64,000 nucleotides of DNA from Raja brachyura. Its lineage: Eukaryota. Made by a program: the position numbers and the translations under genes. The stretch lies in NCBI GenBank assembly GCA_963514005.1, contig OY740814.1, positions 14,942,001-15,006,000 of the forward strand, given 5' to 3'. Below, piece after piece: positions 44,001 through 59,000 of this stretch (positions are counted from its first letter, which is position 1; each line of letters starts with the position of its first letter). The notes below the pieces were generated by a model, which saw only the letters and a program-made list of their open reading frames with translations, was not told the origin of the DNA and did not search any database.

Positions 44001-47000
44001 TAGGTGCTGGGGCAGGGAATGGGAGTGAGGGGAGGAAGATGAGCGAATTGAGGAGGAGGAAGATGGGGTGGGAAGTGGGGTGGTAGAAGGAGATGGGGAG
44101 GGGTATGTGGAGGAGGGAGATGGGGAGGGCTGGGGGAAGGAGATGGGGTGGGGAGTAGGGTGGAGGAAGGAGATGGGGTGGGTAGTGGGGTGGACGAGGG
44201 AGATGGCGTGTGGAGGGGAGGAGGGAGATGGGAATAGGGTGGAGAGCGGAAAGGTCCTGGCGAGGTGAGGAGGGAGTGTGGGGGATTGATGGAGAGGATG
44301 GGGTAGGGAGAGGAGGGGTAGGGGGGCTCCCCCTCCCTCTACCCTCCCTCTCTACTCCCCTCCCTCACTATCCCCTCCCCTCCCTCTCTACCCCCTCCCC
44401 CTCCCTCTCTACCCCCTCCCTCCGTCTCTACCACTCTCTACCCTCTCTACCCCCCATCACTCTCTAGGGATTGAAGAGGGAGGGTGAAGAGGAGGAGGGA
44501 GTGCTGGGGGATGAGGAGAAATGACCTGCGCCGTTGGGGGCTATGCGTGAGTGGTGCAAAAAACAACGAGCTAACGGTAATATTATTACATATTCCGGTA
44601 GATATTTATCCTGTGAAGTCAAAAATCACCTTATCTGAAAAACAAATGCATTATTTCTCGAGTTATTAATCAAAATATCTGAAGAAATTTGGAAAAAAAT
44701 AACTGCTTATTCCCTGTGCTTACCAAAGATTATAGAGGAGCAAGATAGGCCACTCCTCGGAAATCCAATGGATTGGTGTGTAGTATGTAACAGAACGTCA
44801 CGGCCGCCATTTTGGCGGACTGCCTCCCTCTGTGTAATCCACTCCAAAGCTACAGAGCAGTTGCAAGCAAAGATGATAGAGGAGCAAGATGCATTAGAAA
44901 GTTATTATATTTATTTGTAATAGATCTTTACTTGCCTCTCGATCTCTCTCTCCCCTCTCTTCTCGCTATCTCTCTTTATCCCCTCTCTTCTCTCGATCCC
45001 TCTCTCCCCCCTCGATTTTCTCTCCCCTCTCTTTTCTCGATCACCCTCTCCCCTCTCTTCTCTCTCTCCCTCTCTCCCTCTCTTCTCTCTCTCTCCCCTC
45101 TCTTCTCTCGATCCCTCTCTCTCCCTCTCTTCTCTCGATCTTTCTCTCCACTCTCTTTTCTCGATCTCTCCCTCCCCTCTCTTCTCTCGATCTCTCTCTC
45201 TCCCTCTCGTCCCTCTCCCCTCTCGATCCCTCTCTCTCCCCTCTCTTCTCTCGATCCCTCTCTCTCCCCTCTCGATCTCTCTTCCCTCTCTTCTCTCGAT
45301 CTCTCTCCCCTATCTTCTCTCGATCTCTCTCCCCTCTCGATCTCCCTCCCTCCTTCCCTCCTTCCCACTCTCTCCCTCCCTTCCATCTTCCCCCTCCCTT
45401 TTCCCCCTGATCCCCCATTTCCCTCCCCAGCCCCCACCTTTGCGTAGTTTCCCTTGCATTGCATTGTGCAGCTTCCCTTGTATTGCTGTAACACACACTG
45501 TGTACAAAACTACAGGCACACACAAACACACATTCATATAAATATATGGTGGGACAGATAGGAGAGCTTATTAAAATCTTCTTACAAAGACCATTATGTA
45601 ATTTATTTATATCCTCTTTTGGGCCTAAGGCATAGCAGGGCTGCTAACTCTCACACAGGGGGAAGGGAGGGAGAGAGGGAAATCGAGAAGAGAGGGGAGG
45701 GAGATAGATCGAGGGAAGAGAAAGAGATCGAGAGGGGAGAGAGAGCGATCGAGAGGGGAGAGAGCGATAGAGAGAAGAGAGGGAGACAGCGAGAAGAGAG
45801 GGAGACAGCGAGAAGAGAGGGAGACAGCGAGAAGAGAGGGAGATAGCGAGAAGAGAGGGAGATAGAGAGGGATCGAGAGGCAAGTAAAGATCTATTACAA
45901 ATAAATCTAATAACTTTCTAATGCATCTTACTTCTCTATAATCTTTGCTTGCAACTGCTCTGTAGCTTTGGAGCGGATTACACAGTGGGAGATCGAGGGA
46001 CAAAGATTATAGAGAAGCCTAGTTTCCCAATGATCTAGACGCCATAGTCTACACCATCTTTGGTCCACTAATATGGCGTCGACAATCACACATGTGATAT
46101 TACGCTTTTTCCACTGAGTGGCGCATCTTGTTCCTCTATAATCTGGTGCTTACAGCTGTGACGTCACAATGGGATTGTAACCCTACTGGCAACATTGTTG
46201 CTATCCAAGTCCTGCTAGACCAACCAAGTACAAATGCATTTTTATTAAAGTCACAGTACACTGAGTTCTGCTAGCTAGCAAGTGCAATTGCATTTTGTTT
46301 TAGTTTAAAAATGAGGGAGGGTGCATAAGGCGAAATTAGCACCCCTGCGTAGTTGTCTGCTATGGGTGAGTGGTGGAACATTGTGTTGGGGGACGGGTTG
46401 TGTTGGGGGACCAGGCCTCCCGTGTGACAGAGACCCAACGGGTCCCACTTGGTCTAGTATAGATATATATTTATATCTCAACTGGCGTACTTTAAATGTC
46501 AAAATATTCCATTGCAATTGGAATAAAAACTTAATCTTTGATGTACACAACAGTGTGGTATTGATGAGGAATGAAACACTCTTCCATGATTTTTTAGATG
46601 GTACAGTATGCTGAAGTTTCATTCCCCATTGCTGTCCCCTTTGTAAAATGGCTTGGAAAGCTCCAGAGACTTTGTTCCTCAAAATGATCTGCCATTTCTC
46701 CTTTTCAATAAGTAGTCGAATAATTGTCAAAATCTTTCTGAAGCTTTCAGCATGCCAGTGGTGTAACATGGAAACACTGCCTTCCTCCATGAATAGACTT
46801 TTGTGTTGTCTTGTTTATCTTAGCATGGTGTTATTATTTTTTATATTTCATGTCTGACACAGACCTGAAGAACCAAATCACAGCTTCTCAACATCAGCCA
46901 AAGAGAATTGACACAGAGGTATGATGTTTGAATAAATGAAATATTTTGCTGGGGTTAGGCATAGTAAATGTAACTTTGAATTTTATTTTAAAAGTGCTCT

Positions 47001-50000
47001 GTGGAAAAGCAAAACTGATTGTGTTGTTATAGAGCAAAGTATAATTTTACAGAACATCAGCTCTTAGATCAAACAGAAACATATTTATTTCAATCAACCG
47101 TGTACCTCAGCAGGCGTGGTCCTCACACTCTCCCCAATTAATCAATGCATAACATTAATATACACATTTTGAGGTCAGTTGCAGCATCTTTATTTATTGC
47201 GCAGACTTCCAGTTATTGGCAATGTGACACTCAAAAGCAGATAAGTACGTGATCAGTTGCAGCTAACATAATTAACCCTATTCTGTTCATCAAGAAGAGC
47301 CACTTTTCTGATGGTCGCATGCACAGGCATTGTCGTCGTTCTAATCATTCACTAGATTACCATGGGAACATCCTTGGGGAGTTTTCTGGCAATATCTCTG
47401 TTGCTAAGGAATACACTACAGAGCTAGCTTTAAGTAAAATAACACAGACATTGCACAGACTCGTACCATCATTTAATGATGAAGATATCTGTAGTAATAA
47501 TAATTAGTTTTTTTTTCCTTATCCGCACAGTTGCAGTTGCTGTAGTGAGATAAAAATTGACCTTCATAAGTCTTTTATGTTTTGTATAGAATATCATTCT
47601 TGAGTGGGCTAGTGCGAGGTAAAATGTTATGCCTTATTGGCCATTTTGGTGGTCTCACAATTTATGTATTTCTCTGCTGCAGACGAGGCCTCTGGATTAT
47701 CATGGGAATACCTCTGCTACTGCCTCCGTATGTTTGACCACATTCCCCATGTAGCACAATAATATCTCAGGACTGCGTGTCTGATTATGGTTACCTGAGG
47801 ACTAATACGGAATACATTGTCCCTTATCTTGTACGAGTGAATCCTGTTCATTCTTCTCCGGATCTACCATTTTCATAAATGTACAGATGCTATTTCAGGA
47901 CCACATTAATTATTCATTTCAATATTTCCGCTTTGGTGCGATGCAATTTTTAAAAAAAATCTTAAAATTGGATTTGCAGTTTGAATTTTGCCTGGACCAT
48001 GGCTTTGAATCTCATCACAGCATCTGTATTAGACAGGAACTTCAACAAGTTTAGTGGGGGACGCTGTTTGCTGGTACAAGGATCTGTAGTTATCGGGAAG
48101 CTTTTAAAAGTGTAATAGTGAAAGTTCAAGGCATGCATGTCCCTGTTAGAGTAAAGGTCAAGGCTGGCAGGATTAGGAAACGGATGATGAGAGTTGAGGC
48201 TCTGGTCAAGAAAAAGGAGCTGCATGTCATGTAGAGGCAGCTGGGATCAAATGTATCCCTTAAGGAAAATTGAGAGGGGGTATAATAATACATTTAAGAG
48301 GGAAATCAGGAGGGCAAAGGGGGAACGTGAGATAGAGGCTCTAAAGTGTATTCTAGGGAGAGAATAGGGCCACAATGATCAACAAGGTCATCTGTACATG
48401 GAGCCATAGGAGCTGGGCAAAGTGTTAAATAAATATTTCTCATCTCATTTTTTAGTTTAGAGATACAGTGTGGAGACAGGCCCACTGAGTCTGTGCCAAG
48501 CAATGATCACCCTTACATTAGTTCTATCCGACACTCTGTGGACAATTTAGAGAAGCCAATTAACCTACAAACCTGCACGTCTTTGGAATGTGTGAGGAAA
48601 CTGGAGCACCTGGAGAAAACCCACGTGATCACATGGAACCGTGCAAACTCCAACAAACAGCACTCATAGTCAGGATCGAACCCAGTTCTCTGGCACCGTA
48701 AGAAAGCAACTCTATCTCTGTGCCTCTGTGCTACCCTCTTTACTGTGGTGAAGGATATGGATTCTAGGGAACTCGGGGAATTTAATAATCATGTCAAAGA
48801 GAGTCCATATTACAGAAGAAGTAGTGCTGGAGGTTTAAGAACACATGGATAAATCCTAGGGACCTGATCAAATTCTAGAATATTATGAAATGCTAAGCAA
48901 GAAATTATGAGGCTACCGGCAGAGATATTGATAGCCAAGGGTGAGGAGCCAGAAGACTGGAGGGTGGCTAATGTTGTTCCTTTAGGTAAGAAAGGCTGCA
49001 AAGCAAACCCTGAGAACTCAAACCAGTGAGCTCTGCATCAATGGTGGGTACGTTATTGGAGAGGATTCTCAGAGACAGGATCAATATGCAATTGGAAAGG
49101 CAGGGACTGATTAGTGATAGTCAGCATAGCTTAGTGCATGGGATATCGTGCCTCACAAATTTGACTGGTCTGGAATGTTAAGTCACATGGGATCCAGGCC
49201 AAGCTAACCAATTTGACACAAAACGGATTGAAGGTAGGAGACACAGCATAGTTGTAGAGGGTTGTTTTCATACTGTTGGCCTATAATAAGTGGAATAGGA
49301 ATTTGTTCTGAGTCCACTGTTTATTATAGTAATGATGTAGATGTGAATAGATGTAGAGGTGACACGTCTAGTGAATTTGTGAATGACAGCAAAATTGTTG
49401 GTCTTAGAATCATACAACACAGAAACAGGCCCCTTGACCCAGCTGGCCAAAGTGCTCCATCTATACTAATCCCACCTGCCAGTGTTTGGCCTACATCTCT
49501 CTAAACCTTCCCTATCCATGTACCTGATTGTAAAGTGGACAGTGAAGAAGGTTGTCTACCATTACAACAGGATCTCGATTGACTGTTCCAATAGAGTGAG
49601 GAATTGCAGATGGTGTTAAATTTGGATAAATGTGATATGTTGTGTTTTGGTGAGACAAACCACAGCAGTTCATGCATTAAAATGGTATGAACCCAGTGAG
49701 AGTTGCAGAACAAAAAGACCCAGGGGTGCATGTACACAGTTCCATGAAAGTGTCACCACAGGTAGACAGGATGGTAAACGAGGCATTAGGCATGCCTGCC
49801 CTCTTTGGGGGTAGTGTATTGAGTACAGGACTTGGGATGTCACGTTAGGGTACAAAATGTTGGTGAGGCCACGTTTGGCGTACAGTCATCCAGCTATTGG
49901 GAATTATGTCACCAAACTGAAAAAGGTACTTAAAAAGTTTTACAAAGTTGTTCCCAGTCTGGAATGTTTGTGTTGTAAGGTGAAGTTGGAAAGGCTGGGT

Positions 50001-53000
50001 CTTTTATTCCTGGAGACTGAGGGTGATCTTATAGACATTTATAAAATCACATAAGTAAGGCGAATCACCACAGTCTTTTTCACAGAATAGGGGATTCTAA
50101 AACTAGAGGGAACAGGTTTAACGTGAGGGGAAAGATTGAAAAGGCAACCTTTTTCACACAGAGGGTGGTATATATATCTATATGGAGCAAACTGCCAGTG
50201 AAAGTGGGAGAGGCAGGTATGATTACAACAGTTAAAAGACACATAGACAGACAGGTACATGGATAGGAAAGGTTTGGAGGGATATGGCCAAGTGCAGGGA
50301 AGTGGAACTAGCTTGGTTCAGCAATTTGGTCAGTATGGAAAGGCCTGTTTCCATGCTGTATAGTTTTACTTTCTGACATTGGTTCAACGTGTACCAAAGG
50401 GTTTAATTCCAGAAGTGAATTTTGAGTGACCAGTCTTGATTTCAAGGCAAAATGTGACTGAGTTACATGAAGGTGCCCTGGTAAAACCAAACAGGCATCA
50501 AGATACAACCACTCCAGTCATTGGAGTTATATCTTCCACAACAAAATATAATTCTGGTAGTTGGAAATCGATCATAAGACATAATTGCAGGAGTTTCCAA
50601 AGATAATCTTGCCAAGCACAATCGTTTTCAGTTACTTCATCAATGGCCTTTCTTCCATCATACGTTCAGAAGTGGATATGTTCACTGACAACACAATGTT
50701 CATTTCCATTTATATCTCCTCAGTAAATAAATCGGTCCATGCCTGCATGCAACAAGACCTAGACAATATTCAGCCATGGGCTGAAAAGTGGCAGTGACAT
50801 TTGTGACAGCATTGAATAAGAGAGTCTAACCACTTCCCCATGATATCCAATTGTATTATCTTTCTTGTGTGCTTTATCAACATTTTTGATGGTTACAATG
50901 GCCTGAAACTCAACTGGACCAGACACAGAATAGGCAAATGCCTCATCTTTTGACATTCCTTAGCCCTTCCCCTAACTCAAGGCACAATTCAGGAATGACG
51001 GCAGAGCTATTTGAATATGTTAATATTAAAATCTCATCACCCCTAGCACCAAAAAAAGATGACAATTGATTGATTGAGTCTGTTTTGATTTATTTTTGTC
51101 AATGGATATTATTTTACATGTAACATGCCTGAAGTAGCATGCTTATGCCTTCTAAACATTTCAGTTATAAATAGCAGCAGAGATTCCTTTTCTTATTCCT
51201 CCACAAAGTGAGGGGTGTTCATGCTGGGTGATATTCATAGATGTTTTGTCGTTTAAAAATAGGAGATAGAATGTTAAATCTATGTTGTGTTTCTATTGTA
51301 CTTAGTTTAAAGGTGTTCAATATAAATGGGTTACAAAAGACTATTTAATTCAGTATTTAAACTTCATCCATTTCATAGATTTTAAAAAGGTTTAATAGAA
51401 TAATTTAAAATAAGTTTAGAAAAAAATGAGTGCAAGTCATATTTTCAACATGTTTCTGTGTACTGTAAATACTCTGGATACTAGTGAAATTATTTTCATA
51501 TATGTTTGGAATTTCCGTTTAGAGCTGGCAGGATTCTGTGGTAAATTTCTTCTGTGAATAACTGTTTGCACCATTTAGTATCATAATAAGATAGCAGCAC
51601 CATGGTTAGACTGGAATACAATATACTAGCATTCAAAAATTCTAAGATTAAGGTCCGCCACCGATTTTCCGGCCACTGGTGGTTTGATACCTTCTTAGTC
51701 CGGACAAAATTGCGAGAGAGCACTTGAAATCCCTCTGAAAATGTAGTGCCTAGGCCGGGTGAGGCAGCCAATCTCAACGTCATTGGGACTTGATCTGTAG
51801 GTCAAATTTGCCCTGTGCGGCTGGGGCTCTGGAACTCCGGCGCAGCTGGAGTTGGGAGATCCGTTCCCATATCCAACTTACACGGCTAATTGGCAGATCA
51901 GATTTATCCCCAGCGACCGGAGCTATGGAACTCCAGCCGAGGCCAACTCTGTGGGCCCGTATTTCGGCCTCTTGGCGGCCTGAATGGACTTTTCTGGTAC
52001 CATTGGACTCCTTTCAGAGGCTGTGATGTCTGTCGATCTGGCAAAAATGGATAATCCAGAAAAGGTCTAGAACCAAAGGTGCTGGAAAATCGGTAGTGGA
52101 CCTGGACTAACAATAGATTTTTGACCAGGATATTGTTTAAATTTATTTTTTATTGTTTTGCATCAGAAATTGAGAAGTGATGCAGCTGCTGTTGAATCAA
52201 CCATCCATTCGTCATTTACGCCTGAACGTGGTGATCTTGATTTTGCGGAGCAGCTTTGGACGAGAATGAGGGAAAGTATGTATTCCCGTGGGACAGATGC
52301 TTCCTGTGGATTAGATTTTCCCATTAAGAGAGCATAGTGATACAGAGATTCCACTTACTAATGTTGGATTGAGTATTTAATTGTCATATGCACTGGGAAC
52401 GGAACAATGTCATTCTTACTTGCTGCAGCTTTACAGGCACATTAACACACTAACACAACAAATAAATATAAAATAATCAATAGTAGAATAAATAATCAGT
52501 AATACTATGTAACCAGACCACAATAGCGCAAACCAAAGTACATGGCGCAACCCAAACAAAATCCATAATAGTTGTTGCTGAGGTCCAGTGTGCAGAGCTA
52601 GATGGTTGCTGGGAAGAAGCTGTTTTGTACTTGGAGTTAACAGTTCTCAGGCTCCTGCACCATATTTCCCAAGTTGGCAGCAAGCCTGGCCAGAGTGGTT
52701 TGGTGACATCTTTTATGACATTTGCAGCTGCCTTGAGGAAGTGCATCCAGAGCACCATGTTTATATGTTCTAGGAGCAGAAATAGGCCATTTGGATCATT
52801 GTCTACTCCAACATCCAATTGTGGCTGATCTATCTTTCCCTCTCAACCCCATTCTCCTGCCTCCCCCCCCATAACCCCTGACACACTTACTAATCAATCC
52901 ACTGCCTTGCCGTCCACTGCTGTCAGTGGCATCCTTTTGATGGTAATGAGGTCAATACCTGTGATGAACATAGAAAAATACAGCAGTGTTCACCACTTCC

Positions 53001-56000
53001 TGCAGCCTCCTTCATTCTTGGGTGTTTGAGTGACCAAACATGCCGTGATGCAACCAATTGAGCGTACTTTCCGCCATACACCTACAGAAGTTTGATAGAG
53101 TATTCAGGATATCAGAGAATGGAATACATGCTCCTAATAGATTCACTCTCTGCTGGTTTCTTGCCAAGAAAGATACATAATTAATACAAGTGGTCGCCCT
53201 CAGAAGATTTGCTTACTTGAGGACAGTATTCATGCAATAATTAGAATCTGGTTCGATAATAGTTAGATAATAGTAAACATTTTGCGAAAAGTAGAAAGTA
53301 TTGAAATATATTGCAATTAATGTAGATTTAAGTGAAAACAGAGTAGGTGATCTTAGCTTTCTCTTGTCCTAAAACCAGAGTGTTGAATATTCTAAACAAG
53401 TCAGACAGCATCTGTGGAGAGCAAAGAGGAGGTTGCTTGATAGTTATCGGGAAAGCTTTCAATCAGTGCCTTTAAAAAGGACTATGCCGTTGGAACTCCT
53501 GTGCTTTCTACTCCTCTTGTTAGCCTGGTGTTCCTTTCTTTGTTTTTACTCTTTGTTCTTTTTTTTTTAGCTGTTTCTTCATATCGAGATGTGGTAGATT
53601 GCTTAATGCTAGTTATCCAACACTTAAAATGCAAGGATATTCAACCATGGGTATGGAGAAAACTCATATTTTAATGTTTGTTAAAATGTTAACTGAAATA
53701 TATTTTTAAAATATATTGCTTTTAAGATTTGGAAGTTTTAGAAGATACTCTAATATCAGTTAAAATTTGATTTATATTTTTATTTCATTGTTTGGCGATT
53801 AATGCTAGGGCATGAGACTGTCTATTTTGGTGTGACAGAGCAATTGGGTATTTGGAGGTAGTGTGATTTATTATTGGCACTACCTGCAGAGTACTTGTAT
53901 CTGACAATATTTGGAGCTAAGCGTAGAGGCCACAATACTTCCAATTGGTGCCTTCTGACTGATTTCTGCACTGCGTCATTTATGATTCCTCAGAGCCAAA
54001 CCATCCAAATTGTTGTAGTTATACAGATATTCCAGAAGTACACCTATTAAGAGAGAATCATTTCTTAAATTGTTTTCACAAATTGTGTAGCTAGGTGTAA
54101 TTCTTACATTATGCCTACTGTAATTGAGTGCTGAACAATTTCTGATCAATTTTCAGATTCACCGAGGGAGCAACAGTTCTCTCAGCAAATTAATCCAACA
54201 GTCCTACCAATCCGCTATGCCTGCTGTCTATATTAATGGTCTAACTGCTATACGAATGCTTTTGGAGATAGGTCTGGATAAATTGCGGAGGGATTACATA
54301 AATTATTTTATCGGTAGGTGTTCCAGAGTATTTATTAATTTGTAACTAATATTTTTATAACACATTATGTTTGAAAATGTCTATACACTTCTTCCATATA
54401 CAAAAACATAGAAAATAGGTGCAGGAGGAGGTTGAGGTAGTGTGATGGCATGAAGTGTTTGTGTAACATGGCACTGTTGAATTGTGATAGGATATATTCT
54501 CATCTTCCGTTGCTGCTGAATCAATTGAGGACAAGTAGAGTTCCAGCAAACCTTTAAAGAGTGGAGAGGAGTAAGAGTGATAAGGAAAGGTAATCTGCAA
54601 AGTCTGGTCAATGAAATGAGCACTCTTCCCCCAAGGATTTAGAACTGATTTAATGAGAGGGTTAATTGCATATGATGTGATGTTGGGCGGGGGGAGGGGG
54701 GGTGGTAGTAACTGCAAGCCCTGCATATCTCTTGCACACTGCAAAAATATGAATGTATTTTTTTGTTCAATGGAATTAATTATTGACAACTTATTTACTT
54801 CTAGGTCAAGAACTCACTACCTTGAATTACTTGGTAAGGACAATAAATAATGTTTATAAATTGTGACTCGACTAAATGTTATTTCCTGTCTAATAATTAT
54901 GCTTTATTGACACTTGATGCTATTCTGCAGGACTACTTTGTGAATTCCACTGTAAATTTAGAAGAGCAGGTGCTCCGTCTCCATAAGCTCCATCACATGC
55001 TTGAGCTGGTAGTGAGTTGCAGTGCTTTTCTCACTTTGACCCACGAAAATCTCTTTGCGTTGACACAGTGAGTATTTTGAAAAGCACCCTTTTTAATTAT
55101 AATTTCCACGTAAATAATGGTCCTGTTACAACAAAGATTGCAGACTTGCAAAAAAACACATCTTTTGCTTGTAAAGATCTGTTCCTTTAGAAGGTAGACA
55201 AAAGTGCTGGAGAAACTCAGTGGGTGAGGCAGCATCTATGGAGCGAAGGAAATAGGCAACGGTTCGGGCCGAAACCCTTCTTCAGAACCCTTATTCCTTT
55301 AGAAGTCCCTTCAATTCTAGAATATGTTTTTAATTGAACAATACCAGAAAATGGAGACATGAGACTATGAGGATGAGGATGCTAGAATTTTGAGCTAACA
55401 ACAAACTGGTCAGGCAGCATCTGTGGAGGAAAATAGACATACAACGTTTTGGGTTAGGATCCCTCTTCAGACTGATGGACGAGAGAGGAGATAGAAGAAA
55501 CCCAATTTTTCTTCTCCACACCCTCCCCACCCCTTAACCTCTCCATTTCCTTCCACACACCATCCCTCCCTCTGACTCTACAATTCACTCCCCCTTCCTT
55601 ATTAGATTCCACCATTTGCACCCTTTTGTCTTGTCCCCTTCATCTCAAGTCTTGGCTACTATCTTCACTGTCCTCTCCGCTACCTCACTTATCTGCAATC
55701 AACTCCTCACCTGGATCCACTTATCACTTTTTAGTTTTACTCCATCCATCCCCCTCAACTCTTTTGATCAGCTATCTTCCCTCTCCTCCATCATTCTTAA
55801 TCTTTTTCCATTTGACCTTTGTTATACTAATTCTTGGAGATGTGTAGGAAGGAACTGCAGATGCTGGTTTACACTGAAGATAGACACAAAATGATGGAGT
55901 AACTCAGTGGGACATGCAGCATCTCTGGAGAAGAGGAATAGGTGATATTTTGGGTCGAGACCCTTCTTGAAGAAGGGTCTCGAAATGTCACCTATTTCTT

Positions 56001-59000
56001 TTCATAAAAACATAGAAAAATAGGTGCAGGAGTAGGCCATTCGGCCATTCGTGCCAGCACTGCCATTCAATATGATCATGGTTGATCATCTAAAATCAGT
56101 ACCCCGTTCCTGCTTTTTCCCCTATATCCCTTGATTCCTTTAGCCCTAAGAGCTAAATCTAACATTGTGCAGACATTTTCTCCAGAGATGCTGCCTGTCC
56201 CATTGCATTTTGTGTCTATCTTCTTTGTTTTAGGAAGAGTTGGTTTTCCAACAAAACGTAGGAGGTGCAGACAAGATTATTTTGTTGCAATCATGTTGCA
56301 AGATTATTTTGTTGCATAAATGCTGCACATCTTTGTAAAACGTGTGAAATATAGAAAATACATACAAATATGTTCATTATATTAAAAGTGTGTTTTTCAC
56401 AATCAATACATTTTAAAGTAAAGGGGAATTGGTGGGTATCTAATACATGTCTTCTAGAGTGGGCAAGAATGGGAATTTTACATTGTGCAGAAAATTAGAG
56501 AATTACTTAAATGAATACACGTGGAATAATATTTGAAGGCTAAAAAACCGTGCATCTGAAACATTAGATTATACAGTATTCATCTCATTTTGAAAGTGAT
56601 GAGGATTTAAAGGGAGAAAGGAGGAGAGAGGCATACACAGTGAAGGAAGAAGAGAGAATGGAAAAGGTCGTTAACCTTGGTTTTTCTTTGCATTGATTTA
56701 AAAAAATGAGATAATGAGCTGAATGAAGGGTTAATGTTTGTAATGCACTAAATAGTGCATTATAATCTCCTTCGCTCCTTAAATGCTGCTGCACCCGCTG
56801 AGTTTCTCCAGCTTTTTGTGTAACCCTCGATTCTCCAGCATCTGCAGTTCCGTCTTTAACATTAAATGAGAACTTACCAGTTTGTAGTTTGATCTTTATT
56901 TTATGAGGAGTTGCGATGAGGGATTTCGTGAAGACCCCACCAGCACGCATGCGCGACATTCTTCAAAGCAGCGGTGTGGAATCACAGATAACAACAATAA
57001 CTAAAGATTGTAAGATTGAAGAGACTCTATATACCAGTTGTCCTTATGATAGAGGGTTGGGAGCGGAGGGCACGAAATCCCTCATCGCAACTCCTCATAA
57101 AATAAAGATCAAACTACAAACTGGTAAGCTCTCGTTTAATCTTACTATTTTACTTTGGAGTCACGTGAGTGACTTCGTGAAGATTTCAAAGCTCTGTGAT
57201 TCCATGCCTCCGAAGTAAAATTAGAGGGTTTTGATAATGGAAATCAATATTATACTTTGGAGTTGGAAGATTTAATATATACATTTTTATTATAAATTTA
57301 TTTTCTTTGGTGATAGTATCTTTTGTCTTTACAAAAAAACATATTATATTACTTCTCCTTGGTTTCTCTTACAACAGGTCCTGTTCTAGATACTACAAGG
57401 ACAATCCACTAGATGAACAACATGTTTTCCAGTTACCAGTCAATCCCATGGCCATTAAAGCTTTCCATGAAAAGTAAGGCTAAAATGAAATGTGTCTGCT
57501 GTTTAGTTTAGTTTTTTTGCCACGGTACAGTGAAAAACTTTTTTGTTGCGTGCTATCCAGTCAGCTTAAAGACTGTATATGATTACCATCAAGCCATCTC
57601 CAATGTACAGATGCAGGATAAAGGGAATAATGTTTAGTGCGAGGTAAACTTCAGTAAAGTCTGATTAAACATAGTCTGAGGGTCTCCAATGAGGTAGATG
57701 GTAAGTCAAGACTGCTCTGTTTTTTGTGATAGGATGGTTCAGTTGCCTGATAACAGCTGGGAAGAAACTGTCCCTGAATCTGGAGGTATGTGTTTTCACA
57801 CCTGTACCTCATGCCTGATGGGAGAGGGGAGAAGAAGGAATGACTGTGGTGTGACTGGTCCTTGATTATGCTGGTGTAGATGAAGTCAATGGAAGAAAGG
57901 AGGTTGGTTCGTTTGATGGTCTGCGTCCACAATTCTCTGCAATTTTTTTGCAGTCTTGGATGGAGCTGTTCCCAAACTATACTGTGATGCATCCCGATAA
58001 AAATGCTTTAAATGCATTAAGTGAAAGGTTATTGTCTTGACACCAGGTTACGAGTTTCTCAATCTCCCTCCGTATTGTCGTCATTATTTGATATTCGGCC
58101 CACTATAGTGGCATCATCTGCAAATTTGTAAATTGAGTTGGATTTGTATTTGGAATATATAAGGAAGGGGCTGAGAACGCATCCTTGCAGGGCACCAGTG
58201 TTGAGGATTATTGTAGAGGATGATTTTTCATGTATCCTCACCGATTGTGGTCCATTGGTCAGGAAGTCGAGGATCCAGTTCTAGAGGTGAATGCTGACTC
58301 AAACTCGCGTTTGGAGATGAGCTTGGATGGTATAATGGTATTTAATGGCGGAACAATATCTTTGATCAAAATGCCCAAATAAGTATTTGGAGTATAATTT
58401 ATGTTAGAAAATGCTGTTCATTTATATATTTATTGTGTTTACTTTCTTGAAGGAGAATGGACAAAATCATAATCCTTATAGTCTGTGTGAGGAAAAGTAA
58501 GGAGGTAGCATTTTGCTGTGGTTGGCTAGCAGGAAACGGAGTAGACATTAATCGTTTTTTTTAATTAACAAGATGCAATGTGTGAGTTGCCACAGGGAAC
58601 AAACAATGCTGAGGTCTTTTCTTTTAATGAGATATCAAAATGTTGACAGTCAGCATAGATATAACTGGTATATTTGGTTGAGTTATGGAGAGGAAAATAA
58701 ATTGTGACGAGGAATAAGAAGGCTACAAATGGATATAGATAGATGAAGTGCATAAGATGTCAAAGACGTAAAATGTCATAATATTTAAAATTGTCCACTT
58801 TTTAACATTGTATTCCTTTCAGATATAATCTAATTAGACATATTTATTAAATGGCTTAATTCTGCTTGTACTTTGTATTCCTGTTTTAGAGAACTTGCAT
58901 CTGTATAGTGGCTCGGCTGTGAGAAAACATTTAACTGAAAAAATTGAATGTATGAGGGGATTATGGGAAATATTTAAAGATAAGGTGAATGTTTTTGTTT

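Noticed and set aside
44812-45537. Long Leu/Ser/Pro-rich and Arg/Glu/Gly-rich ORFs
   Set aside because: They arise from CT/GA low-complexity arrays that lack stop codons.
56271-56318. Direct repeat CAAGATTATTTTGTTGCA x2
   Set aside because: A simple local duplication with no further structure.
56585-57218. Two opposite-strand ORFs sharing [19 protein letters not shown]
   Set aside because: A by-product of the 70-bp inverted repeat, not a duplicated gene.
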